DNA of 64,000 bases, taken from NCBI GenBank assembly GCA_951406725.2, contig OX597830.1, forward strand, positions 49,104,001-49,168,000, given 5' to 3'. Position numbers and translations under genes: made by a program. Source of the DNA: Octopus vulgaris (Eukaryota). Shown piece by piece: positions 28,335 to 42,029 of the stretch. Every line of letters starts with the position of its first letter. Position 1 is the stretch's first letter. The notes below the pieces were generated by a model. It was not told the origin of the DNA and did not search any database. It saw only the letters and a program-made list of their open reading frames with translations.

Positions 28335-28790
28335 TGAAGTCGTCGATCCTTCTATTGACTCTATCGTTTGATAGTGAAATCTGGGAAAGCTTGTATGTAC
28401 TATATTTCCCCAGAACGAGTTCTGCTGCACGGAGTAGGCTTGGTTTTATGAGAGACTCTCCGACGCTATGGTTCTTCATGGTCCTTGCAATCAACAATGA
28501 AATCTCATAGGCAGCCTCAACAACCATTGAAGTTTGTTGCCGAAAACCTCCACTACCGTCCAACTTAGCTTGCTTCAAGGAATGTCTTTTTGTTTCAAAG
28601 AACGCCTTGGGCTTGTCTGCAAGAGCAGGATGTGTTGTTCTCAGGTGGTGTTCCAGGCGTGAGAGTCGCATTCCACCATTGGTCAAAGTTTTGTAACATA
28701 TCACATACTAGGATACTCTTTTGAAAGGACACGAATCCAAGTCGAATATATTTGTCAAGCTACTTCCGTTTCTTTGCACTGATTGCGAAT
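28335..28790 (-). pseudogene. hAT Buster/Charlie transposase N-terminal fragment (ZBED8/SCAND3-like), disrupted
   Basis: KKRK*LDKYIRLGF, then CYKTLTNGGMRLSRLEHHLRTTHP..KPKAFF..EAAYEISLLIARTMKNHSVGESLIKP..ISLSNDRVNRRIDD. Confidence 0.88.
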
Positions 28791-29528
28791 CATTTGATGT
28801 GCAGTGGACAACACAAATATGTGAACAAAATGTAAGTCATGCGTAAGGTAATGTCAAGGCCAAATTGAGAACGCTAGACCAAGTTAGAACGCTTGGAATA
28901 AAAAGTTCTGAAAAAAATTAAAACAGAAAAATGGAATAAAAGTTAAATTAAAAGAAATGTTACACGAAAAATTTGTACAATAAAATATTGTATTTATTTA
29001 TATAAAATATAAAAAATATGAAAAAAGGTTTCTTTAAAAAAAAAAACAGATTTTGCATAGCTTTTAGTTTTACCTAATACTTTCTGTAATAAGTAAATTT
29101 GAATTTTAGTTTAACATTTGGCTTTATATTATAATTTCTTTTCTTACAAAGAATTTATTATATTTTTATCATAAGCATTTGATATCCAAATTTTTTTATT
29201 TTTTATTTTTACAATCTGTGTTTTAATATTTTTGAGATTTTATTAAATTGAGCAATAGTAGAAATAATCACATACTTTTTGCTTTATTTCCTATTCTTAA
29301 CTTTATCATACATTTCATCTTGCTAAAATTTAAAAATAGTTTTCAAATTTTTAAATTAATATTTCTTAGTATGTTACTATACTGATTTGATAATGTTTCA
29401 GAATATCTCTTGATTTTTAAGAATGACCTTATTTTATATATATAAAAGTAGTGGATCAAACTTGTTTATGATCTATTAACTGAAAAAGATGTTTGTTTAT
29501 ACACGATAATAATATCTAAGCTTTATAC

Positions 29529-29761
29529 CACTGGTTCTTAACCTGAGACTTCTACAAAAAAAATTATTACAAAATAAAAGCAAATGTTAACGCTACAATT
29601 CAGAATTAGTGAAGGTTTTGTGGGATATGAAGGGGGATTAATAAGTGTAGAAATTGGTAAGCGGTGCTTAGAGAAGTTACTGCTTTTTCTCAAGGGCTCG
29701 CGTCCCCCTTGGAAATTACTGATGCCCCCTAGGGGCCGCGCCCCCAGGTTAAGAACCACTG
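29529..29761. mobile_element. hAT (Buster-type) terminal region bounded by inverted TIRs
   Basis: CACTGGTTCTTAACCTG at 29529 (+) and CAGTGGTTCTTAACCTG ending 29761 (-); flanking 8-mers cttTAtac and ctcTAatg fit the Buster nnnTAnnn target. Confidence 0.75.
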
Positions 29762-29769
29762 CTCTAATG

Positions 29770-30415
29770 TAATCAGACGGAGGCCGAGACAAGGCATGAC
29801 GGTCAAGCAGTAGTAGATGACGGACGCGATTTACACGTTAGCCACCTCTGCCCGATCTTACAGGGATTAGTTCCTCTTGGCCCATTTCTGGATGACGGTA
29901 GTCACCTTACTCGTTACCTTGTCCCAGTTTTTGTCTATCTGGAGGTCTGGACTAAACCAGATTCCGAGTAATTTAACCAATCCATCCGTCCAGCGCCCAA
30001 CGACACAGTTGGACGGTATGGCCTTGCTTCTCCAGGTGCCGAGCCGCAAGCCAACAGACTTCGCTCCTGACACCGCCTCGTAGTCCCTAAGAGCGGTCCC
30101 GATCATTTCAATCTGTTTATTTTTCCAACGCCAATACGGTTATGTCGTCGGCATATGCCGAAACTGATCTTCCACAACCCTAGTCACGTAGGATGCCCCA
30201 CAACGTCTCCATCTTGTGTGGGTGTGGTAGTGATTCGAGAATCAATGCATACAGCAAGGACGAAAGAGGAAGCCTTGGCGGACCGAGCACATGATGTTGG
30301 ACGGTTCTGAGAGATGAGGGTTCACTTTGAACACTGAGCAGGTGTTGCTGTAGATTGCAGTGATCCAGTCATTGAATACAAGTCCGAAACGGGCTGCCCT
30401 GAGGACAACCGCTAA
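29770..30415 (-). mobile_element. L1/Tx1-clade LINE reverse transcriptase fragment, frameshifted
   Basis: Minus: RQG..LYALILE, SAYADDI (~30142-30162), YEAVSGAK, VKLLGIWFSPDLQIDKNW. Confidence 0.85.
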
Positions 30416-30611
30416 GTGCTCTCTAAAAGTTAATTTTAAATATATGCATTTACGCTATCGTCTGCATATAACAAGCAAGTTTTCTTTTACCTCACTATGA
30501 GCTCTATACTTGGTGCCCAGCCATTCATGACACCCTACTTCTTAATATGCCTAGATTCTAATGAATCATGTCACTAATCATACACACATACACACACGCA
30601 CACACATATAC

Positions 30612-30704
<93 letters not shown>

Positions 30705-31189
30705 TGTATATATGTATCTGTGTGGGCATGTGCATGCATGCCTATGATTAGTGTATGCAGGGTAAAATAGATGAGGCGGCATGATTGTTTGCCTAATTAC
30801 AAATATGCATCGTTGCAACCATAATCGTTATTAAACAATCTTTATCGATCGTTCCCAGTTGGTGCAATAAAGGGATCCGACTTTCGCGTTGCACAGCGTA
30901 GGTTTCTATGTTTATAAACAAATGCAAATACACATACTCACCATGCACACACGCATATATATATATATATACATATATGTATCAAGTATTGTATCGATAC
31001 ATATATATTTTAATGCATTTAGTGTGTGTTATATATGCATATATGTTCGTATGTATATATACTTTTATATATATATAGATATATATATATATATATATAT
31101 ACATATGTGTGTGTATACTTGCGTGTGAATATTATCCTCACTTCTCAGTGCAAACTCGCCCTCTCCCACTGCATATGTATGCATACATA

Positions 31190-31194
31190 CATAC

Positions 31195-31230
<36 letters not shown>

Positions 31231-31231
31231 G

Positions 31232-31285
<54 letters not shown>

Positions 31286-31389
31286 TATATGTATATACAT
31301 ATATATAAGTATAAATCTACATATAAACATATATACATATATATATATGTATAATTATATATATACATACATACATATATGTATATGTA

Positions 31390-31428
<39 letters not shown>
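31190..31428. repeat. (TA)n-rich degenerate microsatellite
   Basis: Directly visible. Confidence 0.9.
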
Positions 31429-31432
<4 letters not shown>

Positions 31433-33510
31433 CGGTTGTTATACATTCATACACTTATGTCACTTGAAAATTTCCAGTATGCTTGTTGGAATGTATACAC
31501 ATGTGTTTATGGTATACCTTTGTATGTGCGTTTGTGACAACGTTCGCGTGTCTATATATAGCGTTTTAGTAGTTATGTTCATTAAGAAATCGTTAGAAAA
31601 GTCGGTTTTGCAACTCATTAGAAAGGTTTCGTTTGTTAATCAGGTACCCGAGCTTCTAATTACACCAACCAGTATATTTGTTACGAATAATTAACAACCG
31701 CATTGTACAATAGCCTGGAGAATTTAATTAACAAAAGATCCATCTAGCATAATGGAAAAGAAATAATTGATGTTTGCAAAGAATTAAAGTTATTTTATAC
31801 CTTGAAATTAAGCAAAATCCTCACGTGTATTGGCGAAAGCAAATTCTTAAGAAGAGGAAGATTTGGAAGAAAATCTTGTTTTGTATTATAGAGAGATGAA
31901 GTGAGAGGGAAGGAGAGAAAGAGGGGGAGAGAGAGACTGAGAAATTATAGAACTCAACAAAATGGGTTCTTGTGAAAAGCTAAGATATTTTCGAGGCTTA
32001 AAGATGCCAGTTATTCGAGTTTATATCGAAACAGATACGTTGTCTCTCTTTCCTAATATAGAAGATTCCAACAGGTCCGTTTACAGGGGACTTTGTAGAA
32101 AGATCCGATGAATTATGTTGCAGAAAATAGTAAATAATTTAACGTTTTGTTCATAATAATTTAACATGACTGTTTTTAATAATAATATCCTACTGTACAC
32201 AGTTCAGAATTGATCTTTTGTTTAAAAATTTGATTCTTTGAGTTAGCTTCCACTGCAAGGTCGCGTAAAACGTATTTTTCAGCATATTCTCAAGTTGACC
32301 ATTACCTTGCGAGTGAGCTCTGGTAAACAGAAATCGTGTGGAATCCTTTCAGAAGAACCGCTGCTATTATTGGGAAGTGCACATAATCGGTTATCATATT
32401 TAACAGCTCGAGCTGGTCCTTATGAGTCTACGGCCCGAGGATAACAACTGCTCGTCTTCTTTACAATCCCCAAATCTGCGAAAGGAGTCGTGGGCATTGT
32501 CCTTCAGATTTTGACTAATTCATTAGAAAATAACACAAAACCATTTCTTATTACTGAACTACCAAGTGTATCAACTTGTTTTACGTCTTTTAGCTTTTGT
32601 CATTTTCTAAATCTGAGCTCCTTGTTACTGTTCCTAAGTCACGGCCTCCAGTCATTGACAGTCAGCCTCTTGCTCGAATTTTGTAAACTACTGCTGTTTT
32701 TTTTTTAATTTGTGTTTCGCGGTGGAGATAATGCTTTCAATGTACTCGATGCTACAATCTAATTAAGTTAAATAATAACTAGTATGTAATTTATCGACTC
32801 AGGAGAAATGAAGTCGATTTCGGTTAGTTTCGAACTGTACTTACAAAGACAAAATTAATCACATTTAGTCATGTGCCATGGGGTTACTACATCGTCTCGA
32901 AATGAAATATTTTCTTATTAATCCAAGGTTAATGTGTGTATAGGTGTGGGTGAGCCAGTAAACGTGGTTGTTGTGTTTCGCTATATGTGTGTGCAAAGCT
33001 CTATGTGGATGAAAGTATGTGTGAGTGTGGTGGCTGTCTGCTAGTAAGAGTGTGAGTATGTATGTGTTACTGTAAGTGTGCATGTTATGTGTTTCTGTGT
33101 AGGAGTGTGGTACAATTGTGGATGAACGTGTGTGTGTATGTATGTGTGTGTCTGTTTATAATGTCTATGTTAGGAGTGTGGATGGTGGTAGTTTATGAAT
33201 GCGTGCGTGAATATATGTAAATATATGGATGTAACTGTGTATGTACTTGTATAAGTATATGTATTGATGCATGTGTGTGTGTGTAGACGCTTGTGTACGT
33301 ATATAGCAATGTGCAACAAAACGTTTATTTAAGAGTAAATAGGTCTTTTTGTGTGGTGTATGTCTGCATATGTATATATGATAATGTTAATGTGTGTATA
33401 TATATGTGCGTGTTTGTGTGTGTATATATATGTATATATTTGTGCGTATGTATATATACATATCTGTGGATATGTCTGAGTATGAACATGTATGTTTATA
33501 CCTATCAGAA

Positions 33511-33563
<53 letters not shown>

Positions 33564-33764
33564 TGTGCATGATTATTCTCTTTCGTATCTGACAGCTGAT
33601 GGTGCCATAGTAACAGCTAAATGAACGGAAATGTTCTGTTGAAGCTGTTAGCGGTGTTGGTTGTGTGGGTGGTAGTGGAATAGATTGTCACAGTTGCTGT
33701 GGTAGTAGTTAACGGGACGGAGTAACAAGTACTGGGGGGAGGGTGTTTTCTTGGAATCATTTCA

Positions 33765-33854
33765 TATATATATATATACGCGTATGTATGCATGTATGTA
33801 TGTATGTATGTATGTATGTACGTATGTATGAATGTATGTATGTATGTATGTATG

Positions 33855-33886
<32 letters not shown>

Positions 33887-34000
33887 TGTATGTACGTATG
33901 TATGTATGTATGTATGTATGTATGTATGTATGTTTGTATGTATGTATGTGTGTGTGTATGTATGTTTGTATGTATGTGTGTGTGTGTGTGTGTGTGTTTG
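33765..34000. repeat. (TATG)n/(TG)n microsatellite
   Basis: Directly visible. Confidence 0.95.
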
Positions 34001-34271
34001 TATTTACTGTAAATAGCGACACAGACCAATGCCTGTCTATCCATCTGGTTGTCTTGTCTAGTTGTTCATGAATATTTTTCCATCTTGATATGCAGCCGTA
34101 TCTCAACAGAATTATGTAAACACAGTCAATCACATACAGACACAGACACAGACACACTTACACGCACACACTCACACACATGCAATCACACGCACACTCA
34201 GTTATACATAATGTAATGTGTATGCGTGTGTGCATGTACATTATATAAATATAATTATAAATATAAATATA

Positions 34272-34302
<31 letters not shown>

Positions 34303-34379
34303 GTATGTGTATATGTATACACATACATATAAATATATATATATATGTATATGTATATGTATATGTGTATGTGTATATG

Positions 34380-34446
<67 letters not shown>

Positions 34447-34612
34447 TTGTGTGTATGTGTGTGTGAATATATCTTCGGTGAATGTTCGTGAGACGGTGAT
34501 TCGTGTGTCGTGGGTGGGGTTACGACGTCATGAAATTTTCTTTTCAGCATTTCATACGCAATTTCTCCTACCGACTCTGTATCCCCCACCACCATCTCAC
34601 AACGACCGCAGA

Positions 34613-34613
<1 letters not shown>

Positions 34614-34670
<57 letters not shown>

Positions 34671-34789
34671 GCTGCTGCTGCTACTACCACCACTTCTATC
34701 ACTCAACCGTGACCACCACAAATTCCAACATTATCACCAGCTCCAGTACCAGCTAGTCCATACACTGCTTCATCTCTCAACCACCACCG

Positions 34790-34850
<61 letters not shown>
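34614..34850. repeat. Two (CTA)n arrays
   Basis: 34614-34670 and 34790-34850. Confidence 0.95.
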
Positions 34851-35842
34851 ATTCACAGACAGTTTTAATTAAGATATATATTTGTAATAGATTTACGGTT
34901 TCAAGGTGTGTCGTTCGTTCATTACGCATTTCCCCCACTTGATTTACATAATAACTGAACATAAAATCGTATGACGTCACCTCTTCTCTAGATTACACTA
35001 TAATTAATGAAGCTCATTTAAATTGAATTTAAGTTAATGAGAGAACCTGATCAGCCAAAAGACGCAACGTTTCTAGGTTTGTCTCATTGCCACGTGGTCA
35101 TGCTAGAACTTCAACAGTTCACGTGAGAAAGGCCTAAAGTTTTATCACAGGTATCACCATACAAGAGGGAGTGTAGTTTGTTGTATGTGTAACCATGCTT
35201 CCATTCGGTCTCCTCTCGGCTATTGTTTTATTGCTGTCAATACTATGATCCTCGCTATCCAAAGACACACTTAACAGACATAAGGTTGGTGATGTTTGCC
35301 TAAGATGCCGTGCAATTTAATCAAACCCAGGACTATGTGCTCACGAAGCAAATTTCTTTGGATCATTAAACCATGTTTCTATATTATACTCTCATTTAGC
35401 ATCCACCACTCCATGCTTGCATTGGTCAGACAGAATTCATGGAGGGAGATTTTCTATAGTCAGAAGCCCTCCCCACCATATCACCAACCCACAACTGCTT
35501 CCAACCTATGTAACACTTTTTGGTTGAGTGACTCGATTCCAGTAAACGGTAATAATTTTTCGTACAAGCCTGGAATATCGGAGGCGGGGGTTTGTCTATT
35601 ACATCGACCCCAGTGCTCAACTGGTACTAATTATAAAAGCCCCGAAAGGATGAATAACAATGTCGACCTCGGAGGCATTTGAAATCAGCACCCAAAGCTT
35701 CGGAAGATATTGCGCTAGGCAATTTTCCCACTAGTCCGCCGTCTAAATGGTAATAATAAAATCAATATTGAACCTTAAAACTGGCACAAGGGCACACATT
35801 CTGAATTGCTCCCTCTAAGTGGAATTACAGCAGACAATAAGG

Positions 35843-36072
35843 GGGCGAGCTGGCAGAAACGCTAGCACGCCGGGCGAAATGCGTAGCCGTATTTCGTCTG
35901 TCGTTACGTTCTGAGTTCAAATTCCACCGAGGTCGACTTGGCCTTTCATCCTTTCAGGGTCGATAAATTAAGTACCAGTTATGCACTGGGGTCTATGTAA
36001 TCGACGTAATCCGTTTGTCTGTCCTTGTTTGTCCCCTCTGTGTTTAGCCCCTTGTGGATAGTAAGAAATAGG
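35843..36072 (+). mobile_element. tRNA-derived SINE family B, full monomer (tail 1)
   Basis: GGCGAGCTGGCAGAAACG..GAGTTCAAATTCC (A/B boxes), central GCCTTTCATCCTTTCAGGGTCGATAAATTAAGTACCAG; ATTACAGCAGACA on both sides (35824 and 36074) looks like a TSD. Confidence 0.9.
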
Positions 36073-37539
36073 CATTACAGCAGACATTTTGGGGGTGATT
36101 TAGTCGTCGTACAAAACGTAGCTGTATTTTCTTTTTAACGAGTTTAAAATGCAGTGAATATGAAAGTTTGAACGTTGTACATGAAGGGATGTAACTAAAT
36201 GTTCCAAAGTATTACGAAAAAAATTGGTGAATACAAATCTGATGAATAAAAATTCAGCGAAGACAAGGATTATGTTTTTTTTTACGTTGGTGATTAAAAT
36301 TTGCTACGTAGTGTAACGGATTGAATAAAATCGTTAAATGATATTTTATCAAAATCGGGATGTTGCAGTGTAATGGATTGGAACTTGAATTGAAAAAGGA
36401 CTGCACCGAGGATTGTAGAGCATTTAGCAAATGCTCTACCGTTTCATCTGCTCCAGTAGATTTCTTAACCATTTACTATTATCACATTTCTGAAGGTTGG
36501 TAAAATTGGTAAATTTTAACTTTGTTTTCGCACCCAATACACGTCACCTAATTTCTCAAATTCTTTATATCTGCAATAAATTTTCGAATTATTTTTGTTC
36601 GTTCGGCTAGTAATGTTCTGCTGTCTCCTTACAAAATAGCATTCTATAAGACTTTACTTATCTATTCACAGAAATAAATAATTCAAAGGAATTTTCGCAG
36701 ATTTCCATTTAAGTGTTAATACCGAATTATCATGTGGAATATCATAGCAATATATTAGATGTTGGTTGGCTAAACACAAAGATTTTATTTCGGAAGACAG
36801 GGAGAAGTGATATTGTGATAGGGCCGCAAGTATAACTGTGTGGTTAAGAAGTATACATTGTAAGTCCGTAGTTCAAGTTTCGGTTCCACGCAGCGACACT
36901 TTGACACTATATTCTGGTTGGCCTCAAATACTGTTGGCAGACTTTGGTAAATGGAAACCAATTTTGACCGTCTGAGATTGTTGCAGGAACTTCAGCAACA
37001 AAATAAACAAGACTTGTTAAAACTAATAACATCTATCAGTATATATATATATATATATATATACATAAGCGGATACATGCACACACACGTACTCACACAC
37101 GTACACATGCACACACACACATATATGGAGAGAAGAAGTGTATTCCCACGCAGGAAAGAATATAGGAGAATCTATTTGGGATCCCAAAACGTGTAGTCGT
37201 TTTAAAATTTTGTTATAGAATCATTAAACTACCAAACCGGTTTCAACAATTGTTTGTATATCCTGATAAAAATGCAAAAAAAAAAAAAATTAATAATGGT
37301 TTAGGAAAATTTAAAGATATAAGGGAAAATTTACAAGTTTGTGTGTATCTGCATATCCCACCAAAACGAGAAGCGGTAAAAAACGAGAATGCTAAAAAAA
37401 AGCAGAGCTTTGCGAACGTAGTTGTTGATATCTTCTGCACACGTTACACCCAATTCATGCACTCACGTTGTTACTCTAAATAAAATGTTGTAAAGGACTT
37501 ATTGATTTTTTCATAATCTTCAGTCCGGACGCTTCTAGG

Positions 37540-37850
37540 CCCAAAGGATTGCTGTGTAGCTTCCCAACCAAATGGTTTCGGGTACAACCCCACTTTGGCC
37601 ATGTGAGTGGATTTGTCAGACGAAGACTTAGAGATGTACTCTACCTGTGTGTGTCTGTGTGTCTTTGTATTTGTCTTCCGCCATTACTTGACTATAGGTG
37701 TTGGTTTGTTTATATTACCGTAGCAGAAAAAAGAGACGCACATAATGGGTACCGGGACAATACAGATAAGCACTGTAGTTGATGTATTCGACTAAGTCCT
37801 TCAAAGCAGTGCTCCTGTATGGCCGCTACCCAGTAACTGAAACCAGTAAC
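37540..37850 (+). mobile_element. Decayed SINE family A
   Basis: gtgagtggatttgtcagacg...gcagtgctcctgtatggccgc...aactgaaaccagtaa. Confidence 0.65.
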
Positions 37851-37960
37851 AGTAATATTATAAATTATAATATTCACCAATTATGGTGGGAAATAAATAA
37901 AAACGACATAACCGAGGGTAATTGGTAAGAGAATGGCCTCGAGGATTTGAAAATTTTATG

Positions 37961-38570
37961 TATTCTTTTCTACTCTAGGCACAAGGCCCGAAATTTATGG
38001 GGAGGGGGGCAGTCGATTAGATCGACCCCAATACGCAACTGGCACTTAATTTATCGGCCCCGAAAGGATAAAAGGCAAAGTCGACCTCGGTGGAATTTTA
38101 AACTCAGAACGTAAAGACAGACGAAATAACGCTAAGAGTTTCGCCCGGCGTGCTAACGTTTTTATGTCTTTATTACCCTCATGGGGCTAAACATAGAGGG
38201 GACAAACAAGGACATGGAAAGGGCTTAAGTCGATTACATCGACAGCAGTGCGTAACTGGTACTTAATTAATCGATCCCGAAAGGATGAAAGGCAAAGTCG
38301 ACCTCGGCGGAATTTTGAACTCAGAACGTAGCGACAGACGAAATACCTCTTTCTTTACTACAATGTATACAGAGAGAACAAACAAGGACAGACAAACGGA
38401 TTAAGTCGATTATATCGACCCCAGTGCATAACTGGTACTTAATTTATCGACCCCGAAAGAATGAAAGGCAAAGTCGACCTCGACGGAATTTGAACTCAGA
38501 ACGTAACGGTAGACGAAATACGGCTACGCATTTCGCCCGGCGTGCTAACGTTTCTGCCAGCTCGCTGCCT
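37961..38570 (-). mobile_element. SINE family B trimer (full unit + two head-truncated units, last with tail 2)
   Basis: Three consecutive copies of the core; junctions at ~38346 and ~38160. Confidence 0.9.
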
Positions 38571-39109
38571 TTGTAGATTTATATATTGATTCTTCACATT
38601 GTCCTGTGTTAGACCTCTGTCGCTATTTGATCTAGTTAGCAAGATCGTACTCATTATATGACTGGTATTTATTGGGTTGAATTTATGATTCTCAAACTCA
38701 AATTAATGTGAAATGAAAATCGTCAGAATGAGAATACACGTTCCAGAGATATTGAATGATGTCGTTATTGCTTTTATATCGATATGTTGTTGTCGAATTA
38801 ATACGTTTGAATTCTTGACAAACATTGTACAAGAATTGCCGTTTGAGTCAATGCTTTTACATTATTGCTATTGACAGTATGGAATGGATGTGAGACGAAA
38901 GCAGACATTTTGATAACGTGCTGCTTCTCACTCACAATCACACGCATACACAAGTATACATAATACGAGTACATACACACACATACATACATACATACAT
39001 ACATACATACATACATACATACATACATACATACATACATACATACTTACATACATAAATACATACATACATGTGTGTATACATATGTATGTCCCCCCTC
39101 GCTCTCTCT

Positions 39110-39485
39110 AATTGTCATTGGGCTTTAGTCATACAAATCGACCCCCAGTACTTGTGTTTCATGCGGCACTCATTCTTTCGGTCTTTTAAGCCGAAATTCC
39201 AAGTTAAGGAAACGCAAACAAACCAGCATAATTTGTCAAGTGGTGTGTGAGTGAACAAAAACACACACAGACTCTCTCACACACACACATACACAGACAC
39301 ACAGACACACAGACAAAATATACGATGGGATTCTCTCAGTTTTCATCAACAAAATCCACTCATAAGAGTTTGGTCGACCCGAGGCTATAGCAGAAAACAC
39401 ATGCCAAATGTATCATGCAGTAGGTCTGAACTCGAAACCGTGTGGTCGGGAAGCAAGCTACTCAATCGGACAGCCACGTTTATGT
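39110..39485 (-). mobile_element. SINE family A, diverged
   Basis: aaatcgacccccagtactt...aatccactcataagagtttggtcgacccgagg...cagccacg. Confidence 0.75.
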
Positions 39486-39489
39486 CTAT

Positions 39490-39885
39490 ACTCTTTACTC
39501 TTTTACTCTTTTACTTGTTTCAGTCATTTGACTGCGGCCATGCTGGAGCACCACCTTTAGTCGAGCAAATCGACCCCTGCACTTATTCTTTGTAAGCCCA
39601 GTACTTATTCTATCGGTCTCTTTTGCCGAACCGCTAAGTAACGGGGACATAAACACACCAGCATCGGTTGTCAAGCAATGATAGGGGGACAAACACATAC
39701 ATATATATATATACATATATACGACAAGCTTCTTTCAGTTTCCGTCTACCAAATCCACTCACAAGGCATTGGTCGGCCCGGGGCTATAGCAGAAGACACT
39801 TGCCCAAGATGCCACGCAGTGGGACTGAACCCGGAACCATGTGGTTGGTTAGCAAGCTACTTACCACACAGCCACTCCTGCGCCT
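39490..39885 (-). mobile_element. SINE family A, full length, young
   Basis: Near-identical reverse complement of 17309-17722. Confidence 0.92.
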
Positions 39886-40095
39886 ATACATAGAATTTTA
39901 AAAAAATGTCTTTGGAAAATGTGACCCAGCAAAAATTATTTACTTTATTAAATGAGGTTGGTAAAATCCATAGAATTTAAGTGACAGAGTCTGTAGACCA
40001 TTCGGGAATTTAATTATTCATCGTGCCATTCACTACACAACATCAGTGTCTGTCTACATTCTCCATTAACTCAAATTCTATCAACATTACTGTTA

Positions 40096-40312
40096 TCTTT
40101 TATCTTTTACTTGATTCAGTTATTAGACTGCGGCCATGCTGGGATACAGCCTTGGGGAAACTTTTATTCGAATGAATCTCCTCCAGAGCTTATGTTTTTT
40201 TAAAGCATGGTACTTATTCCAACGGCCGTCTTTTTCTGAACCGTTAAGTTACGCCCGGAAAAGTTGTCAGGCAGTGGAACTGAACACGGTACCATATGGT
40301 TGGGAAGCCATC
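40096..40312 (-). mobile_element. SINE family A, internally deleted
   Basis: tcttttacttgattcagttattagactgcggccatgctggg...gcagtggaactgaacacgg. Confidence 0.7.
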
Positions 40313-40317
40313 TTCTT

Positions 40318-40704
40318 ATTTCTTTATTGCCCCCAAGGGGCTAAACACAGAGAGAACAAACAAGGACAGACAAAGGGATTAAGTCGATTAAGTGCGTAAC
40401 TGGTACTTAATTTATCGATCCTGAAAGGATGAAAGGCAAAGTCGACCTCGGAACGTAGCAGCAGACGAAATACCTCTTTCTTTACTAACTACAAGGGGCT
40501 AAACTCAGGGGGGGGGGCAAACAAGGACAGGCAAATGGATTAAGTCAATTATATCGACCCCAGTACACAACTGGTACTTAATTTATCGACCCTGAAAGGA
40601 TGAGAGGCAAAGTCGACCTCGGCGGAATTTGAACTCAGAACGTTGCGGCAGACGAAATACGGCTACGCATTTCGCCCGGCGTGCTAACGTTTCTGCCAGC
40701 TCGC
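40318..40704 (-). mobile_element. SINE family B dimer
   Basis: Two cores; junction gacgaaatacctctttctttacta identical to that at 38337-38360. Confidence 0.88.
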
Positions 40705-40771
40705 TATCTTCTTACCACACAACCACCCTTGTTCATCTGGTCCATTTCCTACATTAGTGTCTGTCTGTACT

Positions 40772-40831
<60 letters not shown>

Positions 40832-41255
40832 CTACACCACCGCCACCGCCCTACCACCGCTACTATTATTGTACTATAAGCCTATTCTATTCACTATAGT
40901 ACGTCGGTGTTCGCCTTATACCCATGCTGGTCTCTTTGTAGTTATAATAAATGCGAAACGGTGGCTGATCTGCAATTGCAATCTCCCTCATCTCTTGGAG
41001 AGTAGGGGAACCCTGTATGGTATCTAATCGCCCTCACACTGTATACTGTCACTGACTCTGAAAAACAGACTGGAATTGTTTCCGTTATTTGAGCGGTACT
41101 TTGTTAACTAGCAGTAGAACGATTAAAGGCAGTGTTTACCTTTGGGTTATTTGAACTCAGAACACAAAGAGCGGGAACAGTTACCAGAAGTTGATTCTGA
41201 CACGGCAACGATTCAGTTGATCCTCCGACAGAACGAAGAAATTAATTCTACTTTT

Positions 41256-41574
41256 GGCATTCTGTCGATTACAGCAAGGTCCCAGTCGATCCAATCAACG
41301 GAACAGCTTACTTGTGAAGTTAACGTGCAAGTGGTTGAGCAGCTCACAGAGAAACGCAATCTTTACGTAGTTCACGGCGAGATTCAGCGTGACAGAGTGT
41401 GAAGCAAATCTGGCCCTTTAAACTACAGTTACAACTCATTTTTTCCTGCTGAGTAGACTGGATCAACATGAAATATTGTGTCTTGTTCACAGACACACCA
41501 CGCCGCCGGGAATCGAACACAAGTTGTTACGATCGTAAGCCAAATTACCCGAACCACTAAGCTACGCGCCTTCA
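41256..41574 (-). mobile_element. SINE family C
   Basis: Head GAAGGCGCGTAGCTTAGTGGTTCGG..GTTCGATTCCCGG; homologous to 2300-2611. Confidence 0.8.
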
Positions 41575-41645
41575 TTAGCATTAAAATTATGATGAATTAA
41601 ATTATGTCTATCGCTATATTCACTCAGTCAGTCCCCCTTGTCGCT

Positions 41646-42029
41646 GTGAAGGCGCAATGGCCCAGTGGTTAGGGCAGCGGACTCGCGGTCATAGGATCGC
41701 GGTTTCGATTCCCAGACCGGGCGTTGTGAGTGTTTATTGAGCGAAAACACCTAAAGCTCCACGAGGCTCCAGCAGGGGATGGTGGTGATCTCTGCTGTAC
41801 TCTTTCACCACAACTTTCTCTCACTCTTACTTCCTGTTTCTGTTGTACCTGCATTTCAAAGGGCCGGCCTTGTCACTCTCTGTGTCACGTTGAATATCCC
41901 CGAGAACTACGTTAAGGGTACACGTGTCTGTGGAGTGCTCAGCCACTACACGTTAATTCCACGAGCAGGCTGTTCCGTTGATTCGGATAAACCGGAACCC
42001 TCGTCGTCGTAACCGACGGAGTGCCCCCC
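41646..42029 (+). mobile_element. SINE family C variant, full length, with 13-bp TSD
   Basis: A box TGGCCCAGTGG, B box GTTTCGATTCC; TSD CCCCCTTGTCGCT at 41633-41645 and 42030-42042. Confidence 0.9.

Noticed and set aside
28231-28704. Domesticated ZBED/SCAND3 host gene
   Set aside because: Upstream stop and frameshift, truncated before the catalytic domain, TIRs nearby: a transposon relic.
41646-41722. tRNA gene
   Set aside because: A/B boxes present but no proper acceptor stem; it continues into a SINE body bounded by TSDs.
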